NCBI RefSeq assembly: GCF_004010195.1
Contig: NC_057753.1
Location: 2,271,285 to 2,335,284 of the forward strand
Reading direction: 5' to 3'
Origin: Chiloscyllium plagiosum
Lineage: Eukaryota
Length of the DNA: 64,000 bases
The notes beneath the pieces are model-generated. The model was not told the DNA's origin. It was given only the letters and a program-made list of their open reading frames with translations, and did no database searches. Of this stretch, positions 11,891-23,618 are shown piece after piece. A program made the translations under genes and the position numbers. How positions within the stretch are numbered: position 1 is the first letter of the stretch; each line of letters opens with the position of its first letter.

Positions 11891-12419
11891 GTTAACAGAC
11901 CTTTTGGAGAGCCTTAACAATAAACAGCTTATTTCTTTTTCTCAGCAGTTATAGGCTTAGAGGATAGTTTTATTTTTAAACGTTATGATTTTCTTAAAAA
12001 TCACAGCAGAGAGTTTTGTGTTTAAACATCATTAATGTGTTTTTTTAAATCACAGGAGAGTTTGTTTTAAATCAACAGAGCTGTATTTATGGAGCTTTTG
12101 GATAGGCCTGACGTGGATGGCTCGGGAGTGAGTTATTTTCAATCAAAGATTGAAAGCTGTCTGTTGGACCAGTTCAGCAGTCTTTTTTTTTATTTGACCG
12201 TCCAGCTATGTGGTTGATTTTGTTTCAGATTTGTGTGTGCAGTATTTTATTTAAGTTTTTGCATGCTTGAACTCTTTTCAGGTAAAGAAATGTAGTTTTA
12301 TTTTACATAGAAGGTGCGGTTGTAAGCTGCTTCTTTTTAGTCTAAATGACATTAAGGACACATAAGAGACAGAGTTAGATGGCTAGTAGAGTTAGCGAAG
12401 TTATTTCACAGCACAGTCT

Positions 12420-13067
12420 GTTAGATAGATGGATGACTGTCAGGAAGATAAGAAGATAGTTCAGAAGTGGCTATTCCTGTGGCTATTCCTCTCTCAAACA
12501 CAATACTCCGTTTGGGGTTCTGTTGAAAAGGGTAGTCTCTCAGAACAAAACAGAAGAGACAGTCAGATCTTGGGCACCTCAAATGAATCTTATGTTTGGC
12601 AGGTTTTGACAAAATTTAGATGAATAATTGTTATAGGGGACTCTCCCGTCAAGGGCACAGACAGGAGACTGTGTGGCAGTGAGTGTGAATCTAGGACAGT
12701 ATGTTGCTTTCCTAGTGCCAGGGTTAAGGATGGCTCAAAATCTTTGAAAATATTGTTAGAAGGCAAGTGAGAAACCAGGAGTTATTTGTACACAAGGTTG
12801 GATTTTTTGTTGTACACATTGGTAGGAATGACATAGTTAAGGAAAAGATTCAAGCTTTACAGAGAGAATATAAGAGATTAAGTAGAAGATTAAAAAAAAA
12901 CCCTCAAAAGTAGTAATTGCTGGTTTACTTCCAATGCCCAATTCAAATGAGGGAAAGAATAAAAGATTAACGGAGATTAAATCAGTGGCTGCACAGGTAG
13001 GGGTGTCATGTTCAGGGATTCAGGTTTCGAGATCTTGGGGCAGACAAAACCTGTTCAAAAAGGATGG
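12420..13067 (+). mobile_element. CR1 ORF1 remnant (SGNH esterase-like)
   Basis: From 12624: IIVIGDSPVKGTDRRLCGSECESRTVCCFPSARVKD, later VVHIGRND. Frameshifted. Confidence 0.75.
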
Positions 13068-13770
13068 TGAGAAAGTTTATGACCTTAAACCCTGTCCTTA
13101 AACATTTAGACTAAAGCAGAATACTGAATTATAGAACACATTTGCTGTGCACTAGAAAATCAGTGAGGAGGGAGGCAGGCTTAAAAAAAAGGGAACCGAT
13201 GTTATGCAGAAGATTAAAAATATCTGTTCTTACCAAGTGATAACAGGTTGCTCTAAGGCAATTAAGAACATTTGCCTTAAACAAGACACTGAGTGATAAC
13301 ATTCACAGCTGTTCCTTTCTGAAATTAATAACAGTGCTTGATTCAGACTTCAAAACAAAACCCGGTATCAATTAACGTCTCTCCCGAGTTATTGTCCTTC
13401 ACTATTATCTGCCGAGTTCAGAACATGCAGTGCTTTTGCCAACCTTTTGTATAAATAAAGCCTGTTTGTGACAGTACAGCTTTTGTAAGCCTTTTGTATA
13501 AAGGAAGCCTGTTTGTGATAGTATAACAGCGTAGCCTGCTAGGGCTCTTGAAGAGCTGATGTCTTACTTTCCAGGGTTATTAGAACCTAGTTAGCTTGGC
13601 TTATGGGTGTCAGTGTTATGTTGTAGCAGTGATGCTATTGCTAAATAAAGGGGATGACTAAAATTAAACTAAACTGTCTGAAAGATTTTTTTTTCCAGAG
13701 TATGATCTCCGGAATGAAGCAACAGAATATTACAGGTCTGAGTCCGCGAGGGTTTCCCTGGGCCGTCTCA
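13068..13770 (+). mobile_element. Solo LTR (family A)
   Basis: TGAGA...TCTCA termini and AATAAA-type signals. Homologous pieces at 17948-18300, 18530-18730 (inverted) and 19230-19600. No clean TSD. Confidence 0.65.
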
Positions 13771-14099
13771 AATCTGTAATTTAAAACATCAACCTTTTAC
13801 AGTGTTTGCATTTCATAATCAGCAGCGGCTATGCAAAATCATCAAATTGCAATTCATTTCAAAACATTCAATCTGTAGCAAGTAAGCACAAAGAGTTAAT
13901 TTTCTACTGGCTTTGGCAATCTCAGCTCTAAAATGGTCTCTCTCTTTCTCTCGCTGTCTCTCAGAAAGAAGACTGCAAACTATTAGAGTGAAGGGTTGGA
14001 GGGATCCTAAGTAGCAGAGTACATAGAAAGACAGGTGAGGATGGTCTTGAATATGAAAAGAAGACAATAATTAGAGAAGATAGCCAAGAGCTAGTCAGA

Positions 14100-16851
14100 G
14101 AATGAAGTAACTGAAAAATTAAACTGCATTTATTTCAATGCAAGCGGTCTTACAGGTGAGGCTGATGAACTCGGCATGTTTGGGATCATGGGATTGGGAT
14201 ATCATAGGTATGACAAAAACTTGGCTGAGGGATGGATGGGACTGGCAGCTCAGTGTTCCGGGTTTCAGATTCTATAGGAAGGGTAGAAAGAGAGGCAAAA
14301 CAGAAGGGAAAGTGGCATTTTTTATTAAGGAAAGCATCACAGTTGCAACTAGAGAAGATATTTCTGAAAAATTGTCCAGTGAAAATGGATGCGTTGAAAT
14401 TAGATACAAATAACTGAATGATCATTGTGACAATGAAGGCCAATCAACCTGATGGGATTGTACTAAAGACCTTCCAATAGTCAGAGGGAAATTTGAGGAA
14501 CATAGAACAAGCTTTGTTGTGCTGGCCTTTTATCCTCCTCTTAAGATCAGACTAATCTACATACCCTTCATTGTACTATCTTCCATGTACCTATCCAAGA
14601 GTAACTCAAATGTCCCTAATGTATCTGACTCTACTACCACAGCTGGCAGTGCATTCCATGCACCCACCACTCTCTGCATAAAGAAAATACATAGAGATCA
14701 GCTGAATGTTCCAGGATACAAATGCTACAGGAAGGATAGAAAGGGAGGGGGAGTGGCATTTTTGATAAGGGATAGCATTACAGCTGTGCTAAGGGCGGAT
14801 ATTCCCGGAAATACATCCAGGAAAGTTATTTGGGTGGAACTGAGAAATAAGAAAGGGATGATCGCCTTATTGGGATTGTATTATAAACCCCGCAATAGTC
14901 AGAGGGAAATCGAGAAACAAACTTGTAAGGAGATCTCCGCTATCTGTAAGAATAATAGGGTAGTTATGGTAGAGGATTTTAACTTTCCAAACATCGACAG
15001 GGACTGCCATAGTGTTAAAGGTTTGACGAGTTGGACTCTTCGGTCCTGAGTGCCCTCGCCAGCACTGGTCAGTTATCTCCTTCAGTGAAACAATCAGGCA
15101 CTGTTAAAGCATTAATCATAAGAGATTTATTGGGATCCGTGGAGACAGTTTACACTATGCATACAAAGACAACGATCTGCTCCATAGCATTGCAAAGGCT
15201 CTCCAGAGTCAACTTCACGCCGGCCAGTCGCTCTCCAAAGTGAACGAAGACTTACCCTATATTCTCTAAAACTGCAAGTTCATCCACTCGGGTGATTCTA
15301 ATTTACGCAATCACAAGATTTACAACAGCTTGTTGGTCTTTGAAATGTCCAATCCGATAACATTATTTCATTGACACACGAAATGCTGCAACCCTGGGTG
15401 TGCTGGAGTTTTTAACATTCTGCCGTCGAGGTATCTTATCACGTTAAAACAGGACTTGGGACATTCCAGACGCTGTCAACCGTCGTTTCAGTTATGTCTT
15501 TCCAAGTGCTAACTGTCAGCAGTTATCTTTTAACTGTAAGCAAATTTCGGTATTACACATACCAGATACTACTTTACAACTTTAGCACGAACATGTCAAG
15601 AACTTATAGGAGCCATTTTGTCTAATATCCAAAATGCTCCAGGACAAAGTCCATTTTTACTCAACTTCCACAGGTTTAGATGGAGAGGAATTTGTTAAGT
15701 GTGTACAAGACAATTTTCTGATTCAGTATGTGGATGTACCTACTAGAGAAGGTGCAAAACTTGACCAACTCTTGGGAAATAAGGCAGGGCAGGTGACTGA
15801 GGTGTCAGTGGGAGAGCTCTTTGGGGCCAGCGACCATAATTCTATTTGTTTTAAAATAGTGATGGAAAAGGACAGACCAGATCTAAAAGTTGAAGTTCTA
15901 AATTGGAGAAAGGCCAATTTTGACAGTATTAGGCAAGAACTTTCNNNNNNNNNNNNNNNNNNNNNNNNNNNNNNNNNNNNNNNNNNNNNGGAAATCAGGA
16001 GGACAAAAAGGGGACATGAGATAGCATTGGCAAATATAATTAAGGAGAATCCAAAGGGTTTTTACAAATATATTAAGGACGAAAGGGTAACTAGGGAGAG
16101 AATAGGGCCCCTCAAAATCAGCCAGCCAGCCTTTGTGTGGAACCACAGAAAATGGGGGAGATACTAAATGAATATTTTGCATCAGAATTTACTGTGGAAA
16201 AGGATATGGAAGATATAGACTGTAGGGAAATAGATGGTGACATCTTGCAAAATGTCCAGATTACAGAGGAGGAAGTGCTGGATGTCTTGAAACAGTTAAA
16301 GGTGGATAAATCCCCAGGACCTGATCAGGTGTACCCGAGAACTGTGGGAAGCTAGAGAAGTGATTTCTGGGCCTCTTGCTGACCTATTTGTATCATCGAT
16401 AGTCACACATGAGGTGCCGGAAGACTGGAGGTTGGCAAACGTGGTGCCACTGTGAAAGAAGGGCGGTAAAGACAAGCCAGGGGATTATAGACCAGTGAAC
16501 CTGACCTCGGTGGTGGACAAGTTGTTGGAGGAAATCCTGAGGGACAGGATGTACATGTATTTGGAAAGGCAAAGACTGATTAGGGATAGTCAACATGGCT
16601 TTGTGTGTGGGAAATCATGTCTCACAAACTTGATTGAGTTTTTTGAAGAAGTAACAAAGAAGATTGATGAGGGCAGAGCAGTAGATGTGATCTATGTGGA
16701 CTTCAGGAAGGCATTCGACAAGGTTCCCCATGGGAGATTGATTAGCAAGGTTAGATCTCATGGAATACAGGGAAAACTAGCCATTTGGATACAGAACTGG
16801 CTCAAAGGTAGAAGACTGAAGGTGGTGGTGGAGGATTGTTTTTCAGACTGG
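14100..16851 (+). mobile_element. Composite CR1 ORF2 (AP endonuclease to RT), decayed
   Basis: [54 protein letters not shown]. The endonuclease start occurs twice (~14100 and ~14690). Confidence 0.9.
15024..15672. mobile_element. Solo LTR (649 bp) nested in CR1
   Basis: TG...CA termini, 4 bp TSD GGTT at 15020-15023 and 15673-15676. Removing it restores CR1 gttaaaggtttagatgg. Confidence 0.8.
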
Positions 16852-16854
16852 TGA

Positions 16855-17620
16855 GACATGAGACATGACCTCCCATTCACAATTCCATGCTAACTATCCG
16901 TAATAAACCCTTGGCTTTGCAAATACATGTAACTCCTGTCCCTCAGGATTCCCTCCAATATCTTGCCCACCACCGACGTCAGGCTCACTGACCTATAGTT
17001 CCCTGGCTTGTCCTTACCACCCTTCTTAAACAGTAGCACCATGTTAGCCAACCTCCAATCTTTCGGCACCTCACCTGTGACTATCGATGATACAAATATC
17101 TCAGCAGGGGGCCCAGCAATCACTTCCCTAGCTTCCCACAGAGTTCTAGAGTACACCTGGTCAGTTCCTGGGGATTTATCCACCTTTATGCATTTTAAGA
17201 TGTCCAGCATCTCCTCCTCTGTAATATGGACGTTTTTCAAAATGTTGCTCTTTAGTTCTCCACCTTCTCTATCTTCCCTACCGTTCTCCACAAGAAACAC
17301 TAATACAAAATACTAATTTAGTATCCTACCCCCATCTCCTGCTGTTCCACACATAGGCGGCCTTTGGTGATCTTTAAGGGGCCTTATACTATCCCGAGTT
17401 ACCTTTTTGTCCTTAATCTGACTGTAGCATCACTTACAATGTTAAGGTGACCTCTTGAACTATGTTTCAGTTACAAATAAAAAGTCCCAGCCTATCCAGC
17501 CTCTCCTTATAAACACAAACCCTCCAATTCCAGCAACATCCTGGGAAATCTCTTCCGAAACCTCCTCAGCTAATAACACCCTTCCTATAACAGGGAGACC
17601 AGAACTGGACACAGTACTCC
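16855..17620 (-). mobile_element. CR1 fragments, inverted
   Basis: The minus ORF has KSPGTDQVY...[16 protein letters not shown] further 3' fragment lies at 17440-17620. Confidence 0.85.
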
Positions 17621-17804
17621 TGTAGAAGGAATCTAAAAGGGAACATAAAAGTGTGCAGCTAAGCAAGTGGACAAGTTATGTGCTAACCGCACACGGCTCC
17701 AGTTAAGCGAGAACACAAAGTTCTTAACTACACACAACTGATGTTCCAAGACCTTAAGGCCTATTAAGGGAATAAATGTTGCTAACGCTTAAAATCGAGA
17801 TGTT

Positions 17805-19808
17805 AGAATCAGAATGCCTCCTGTGTGGAAACAGGCCCTTCGGCCCAACAAGTCCACACCGACCCTCCAAACAATAACCCACCCAGACCCATTCCCCTAC
17901 ATTTACCCCTGACTAATGCACTTACCCTACACATCCCTGATCACTATTGAGAAAGTCTATAGCCTTAAAAGTTGCCCTTAAATATTTAGACTAAATGTAA
18001 TGCTGAATTATAGAACACATTTGCTGCACACGAGAAAATAAATAGGACAAGCAAGGAGGGAGCCCAGGATGTGCAGAAGATAAAAACATCTGTTCTCACC
18101 AAGTGATAACAGGATGCTCTAAGGCAATGAAGGACATTCACCTTAACATCAATGAATCTGAGTGATAACATTCACGGCTGTTCATTTGTTAAATAAATGA
18201 GTGTTTGATCACTTACAAGCATGTCAAAAGCATTGTAATTATTGGTCAGGTCCTATCAATTATAATTGATTCTTATTACCCTTGCAAGCTCAGTAGATGC
18301 AGATGGAAAAATATTTTTCTGTTACAATCCCTGACCTGAGAGTTCAACAGGAAATGAGAGAGCGAGCGAAAGCGAGAGAGAGCACATGAGAGAGAGAGAG
18401 AGTGCGCGAGTTTACAAGTAGTTTACAAAAGCACTGCATGTTCATAACGAGACAGATAACAGTGAAGGACAATAATTCGGGAGAGAAGTTAATTGATACT
18501 GATTCTAGGTCAGAATCAAACACTGTTTCTAATTTCACAAGGGAACAGCCATGAATATTATCACTCGGTCTCCTGTTTACACAGATTCACTGATGTTAAG
18601 GCAAATGTTTTTAATTGCCTTACCCTCCCCGTCTATTTTCGAGCGTGCAGCAAATGTGTTCTATAATTCAATATTACATTTTTGTGTAAATGTTTAAAGA
18701 CTCATTTTAAGGCTATAGACTTTCGCAGATGAAGCTTTAACTTACTTGCTGTTCTTACAGGTCATGACTGCCCCACTGTCAATTCTAACTTGTCAGATCT
18801 TATGGCTTATTTGAATTTGAATCACAACCCTGAAAAGAAAGCATGTTGAGTTTGAGACTAATGAGTAATTTAAAATATAACGTTATGATAATGTTTCAGC
18901 GAGAGGCACAGAATGATTCTGTTCGGAAGATAAAAAGCAGGAGTCTGCTCCGAGCTTAAAATTATTCTAAACCGAACATTGAAGAGTTTCTGACACAATC
19001 TGTCAGGAAGCCATTTTATGATCAAAGTTTGCCCTCCTCGCTAAGAAGCCATTTTGTAAAACTGTGCAAAGTGACCTTACGACCTCTCCCATGTAGCTTA
19101 GACTGGTACCTCGTTATGATAGGGACTTATCTCGCCAACAGATGCTTGACTTGGCTGGATCTGTTCTTCCCATCTAATGGATGGCTAAGGGCCTGGAGGA
19201 GTATTCAGTTAAGCGCACACAGACCTGTCAATTAACTTCTCTTCCTTACAAATTATTGCCTCTCCACTGTTGTCTGTCTAATTGAGAACATGCAGTGTAT
19301 TTCTAAAATTCTGGACAAAGGAAGCCTGTTTGTGACAGAAGAAGGGGCAGCCTGTGAGAGCTCTTAAAGGAAGAGCTGGTACCCTACTCTCCTGGGGTTT
19401 TTGAACCTCAGCTAGTCTGACTTATATGTGTCAGTATTATGTTGTAACAGTAATGCTATTGCTAAATTAAGGGAAAGACTAAAATTAAACTAAACTGTCC
19501 GTCAGAGTTTTTTATTCCAGAAGACCAAAGAGAACGATCTCCGGGTCAAACCAAGAGAGGCTTGCAGGTCAAGTCCATTAGGGATTCCCCCTGGCTCATC
19601 TATAATAGTAGGGGCAATTTAGCGCGGCCAATTTAACCTAACCTGCACACCTTTAGACTGTGGGAGGAAACCGGAGCACCCGGAGGAAACCCACGCAGAC
19701 ATGGGGGGTACGTTCAAACTCCACACAGAGTTGCCTGAGGCTGGAATCGGAGGAGGGTTCCTGGCACTGACAGGCAGCAGTGCTAACCACTGAGGCATCA
19801 TGCCGCCC
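17805..19808 (-). mobile_element. HE1-like SINE split by a rearranged family-A LTR (17948-~19605)
   Basis: The SINE halves 17805-17947 and 19610-19808 join as cactat|ggggcaatttagc. The intervening DNA matches 13068-13770. Confidence 0.75.
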
Positions 19809-19819
19809 TCATTTCTGAG

Positions 19820-20677
19820 ATAGAGTCATAGAGATGTACAGCATGGAAACAGACCCTTCGGTCCAAAGCGTCCATGCCGACCAGATATCCTAACCCAATC
19901 TAGTCCCACCTGCCAGCACCCGGCCCATATCCCTCCAAATCCTTCCTATTCATATACCCATCCAAATGCCTCCTAAATGTTGCAATTGTACCCGCTTCCA
20001 CCACTTCCTCTGGCAGCTCATTCCATACACATACCACCCTCTGTGTGAAAAAGTTGCCCCTTAGGTCTCTTTTATTTCTTTCCCCTCTCACCCTAAACAT
20101 ATGCCTTTTAGTTCTGGATACTTCGACCTCAGGGAAAAGACTTTGTCTATTTATCCTATCCATGCCCCTCATAATTTTGTGAACCTCAATAAGGTCACCC
20201 CTCAGCCTCTGATGCTCCAGAGAAAACAGCCCCAGCCTATTCTGTCTCTGCCTGTAGCTCAGATCCTCCAACCTTGGCAACATCCTTGTAAATCTTTTCT
20301 GAACCCTTTCAAGTTTCACAACATCTTTCCGATAGGAAGGAGACCAGAATTGCACACNNNNNNNNNNNNNNNNNNNNNNNNNNNNNNNNNNNNNNNNNNN
20401 NNNNNNNNNNNNNNNNNNNNNNNNNNNNNNNNNNNNNNNNNNNNNNNNNNNNNNNNNNNNNNNNNNNNNNNNNNNNNNNNNNNNNNNNNNNNNNNNNNNN
20501 NNNNNNNNNNNNNNNNNNNNNNNNNNNNNNNNNNNNNNNNNNNNNNNNNNNNNNNNNNNNNNNNNNNNNNNNNNNNNNNNNNNNNNNNNNNNNNNNNNAC
20601 CTGTACAGCCGCAACATGACCTCCCAACTCCTGTACTCAATACTCTGACCAATAAAGGAAAGCATACCAAACGCCTT
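19820..20677 (-). mobile_element. CR1 LINE 3' end
   Basis: VQFWSPSYRKDVVKLERVQKRFTRMLP...WNELPEEVV. Spans an N gap. Confidence 0.9.
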
Positions 20678-21977
20678 TAGAACATTGTGTGCAATTCTGG
20701 TCTCCCTGCATTAGGAAGGAAGTTGTGAAACTCGCAAGTGTTCAGAAACAATTTATAAGGATATTGCCAGAGTTGAAGGAATTTGAGCTCTAGGGAGAGG
20801 CTGAATAGGCTGGGGCTGTTTTCCCTGGAGCATCGAAGGCTGAGGGGTGACCTCATAGAGGTTTATACAGTCGTGAGGGGTATGGATAGAATAATTAGAC
20901 AAGGTCCTTTCCCCAGAGTGGGGGAGTTCAAAACTAGAGGGTGTTGGTTTCCGGAGACAGGGGAGAAAATTAAGTGTCCTAAGAGGTGGCTTTATCATGC
21001 AAAAGATGGCATGTGTATGAAATTAGCTGCCAGAGGAAGTCATAGAGTCTTGGAGATGTACAAAATGCAAACAGACCCTTAGGTCCAACCCGTTCATGCC
21101 GACCAATCTAGTCCCACCTGCCAGCACCCGGCCCATATCCCTCCAAACCCTTCCCATTCACATACCCATCCAAATGCCTCTTAAATGTTGCAATTGTACC
21201 AGCCTTCACCACTTCCTCTGGCAGCTCATTCCATACACATACAACCCTCTGCGTGAAAAGGTTACCCCTTAGGTCTCTTTTATTTCTTTCCCTTCTCACC
21301 CTAATCCTATGCCCTCGAGTTCTGGACCCCCCGACCCCAGGGAAATGACCTTATCTATTTATCCTATCCATGCCCCTCATAGTTTTGTAAACTTCTATAA
21401 GGTCACCCCTCAGCCTCCAACGCTCCAGGGAAAACAGACCCAGCCTGTTCAGCCTCTTCCTATAGCTCAAATCCTCCAACCCTGGCAACATCCTTGTAAA
21501 TCTTTCAAGTTTCACAACATCTTTTCGATAGGAAGGAGACCAGAATTGCGCACAATATTCCAACAGTGGCGTAACCAATGTCCTGTACAGTTGCAACATG
21601 ACCTCCCAACTCCTTTACTCAATATTCTGATCAATTAAAGCAAGCATACGTTACACCATCTTCACTATCCTATCTACCTGCGACTCCATTTTCAAGGAGC
21701 TATGAACCTGCACTCCAAGGTCTCTTTGTTCAGCAACACTCCCGAAGGCCTTACCATTAAGTGTATAAGTCCTGTTAAGAGTTGCTTTCCTAAAATGCAG
21801 TGCCTCCCATTTAGAACACAGAACATAGAAAAGTACAGCACAGAACTTTAGGCCCACGATGTTGTGCCGAGATTTAATCCTTATGTAAAATATAGTAACT
21901 TAACCTACGCACCCCTCAACTCACTGCTTGTCTGAATTAAACTCCATCTGCCACTTCTCAGCCCATTGGCTCTTCTG

Positions 21978-22170
21978 CTGAAAATGTGTTGCTGGAAAAG
22001 CGCAGCAAGTCAGGCAGCATCCAAGGAACAGGAGAATCGACGTTTTCGGGAAGGGCTTATGCCCGAAACGTCGATTCTCCTGTTCCTTGGATGCTGCCTG
22101 ACCTGCTGCGCTTTTCCAGCAACACATTTTCAGCTCTGATCTCCAGCATCTGCAGCCTTCACTTTCTTCT
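21978..22170. mobile_element. PLE-derived mini hairpin with 16 bp TSD
   Basis: 21978-22050 is the inverse of 22063-22133. TSD CCCATTGGCTC(T/A)TCTG at 21962-21977 and 22171-22186. Confidence 0.8.
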
Positions 22171-23319
22171 CCCATTGGCTCATCTGATCAAGATCACATT
22201 ATAATCTGAGGTAACCTTCGCTGTCCACTACACCTCCAATTTTGGTGCCATCTGCAAACTTACTAACTGTACCTCTTATGCTCGCATCCAAATCATTTAT
22301 GTAAATGACAAAATGTAGAGGGCCCAGCACCGATCCTTGTGACACTCCACTGGTCACAGGCCTCCAGTCTGAAAAACAACTCTCCCCCACCACCCTCTGT
22401 ATTCTACCTTTGAGCCAGTTCTGTATCCAAATGGCTAGTTCTCCCTGTATTCCATGAGATCTAACCTTGCTAGCCCGTCTCCCATGGAGAACCTTGTCGA
22501 ATGCCTTACTGAAGTCCATATGGATCACATCTACTGCTCTGCCCTCATCAATCCTCTTTGTTACTTCTGTAAAAAACTCAATCAAGTTTGTGAGACATGA
22601 TTTCCCATGCACAAAGCCATGTTGACTATCCCTAATCAGTCCTTGCCTTTCCAAATACATGTACATCCTGTCCCTCAGGATTCCCTCCAACAACTTGCCC
22701 ACCACCGAGGTCAGGCTCACCGGTCTATAGTTCCCTGGCTTGTCCTTACCACCCTTCCTAAACAGTAGCACCACGTTAGCCAACCTCCAGTTTTCCGGCA
22801 CCTCATGTGTGACTATCGATGATACAAATAGGTCAGCAAGAGGCCCAGAAATCACTTCTCTAGCTTCCTACAGGGTTCTAGGTTACACCTGATCAGGTCC
22901 TGGGGATTTATCCACCTTTATGTGTTTCAAGACGTCCAGCACTTTCTCCTCTGTCATGTGGATATTTTGCAACATTTCACCATCTATTTCCCTACAATAT
23001 ATATCTTCCATATCATTTTCCACTGTAAATACAGTAAATAAGCCTTCAGAAATGAGATAACGAGAATCCAGAGAAAGTATATTCCTGTTAGGGTGAAAGG
23101 AAAGGCTGATAGGAATAAGGAATGCTGGATGACTAAAGAAATTGAGGGTTTGGTTAAGAAAAAGAAGGAAGCATATGTCAAGTATAGACAGGGTAGATTG
23201 AGTGAATCCTTAGAGTATAAAAGCAGTAGGAGTATACTTAAGAGGGAAAACAGGAAGGCAAAACGAGGACATGAGATAACTTTGACAAATAGAATTAAGG
23301 AGAATCCAAAGGGTTTTTA

Positions 23320-23618
23320 GATTACTTACAATGTGGAAACAGGCCCTTCGGCCCAACAAGTCCACACCGACCCGCCGAAGTGCAACCCACCCAGACCCAT
23401 TCCCCTACATCTAACACTATGGGCAACTTAACTTGGCCAATTCACCCTGACCTGCACATCTTTGGACTGTGGGAGAAACCAGAGCACCCGGAGGAAACCC
23501 ACGCAGACACTGGGAGAACGTGCAAACTCCACACAGACAGTCACCTGAGTCGGGAATTGAACCCGGATCTCTGGCGCTGTGAGGCAGCAGTGCTAACCAC
23601 TGTGCCACCGTGCCGCCC
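23320..23618 (-). mobile_element. HE1-like SINE nested in CR1
   Basis: Full-length, with head gggcggcacggtggcacagtggttagc on the minus strand. Interrupts ENPKGF|YKYIK. Confidence 0.9.

Noticed and set aside
23540..23618. tRNA-like sequence with A and B boxes
   Set aside because: It is the head of an HE1-like SINE, not a tRNA gene.
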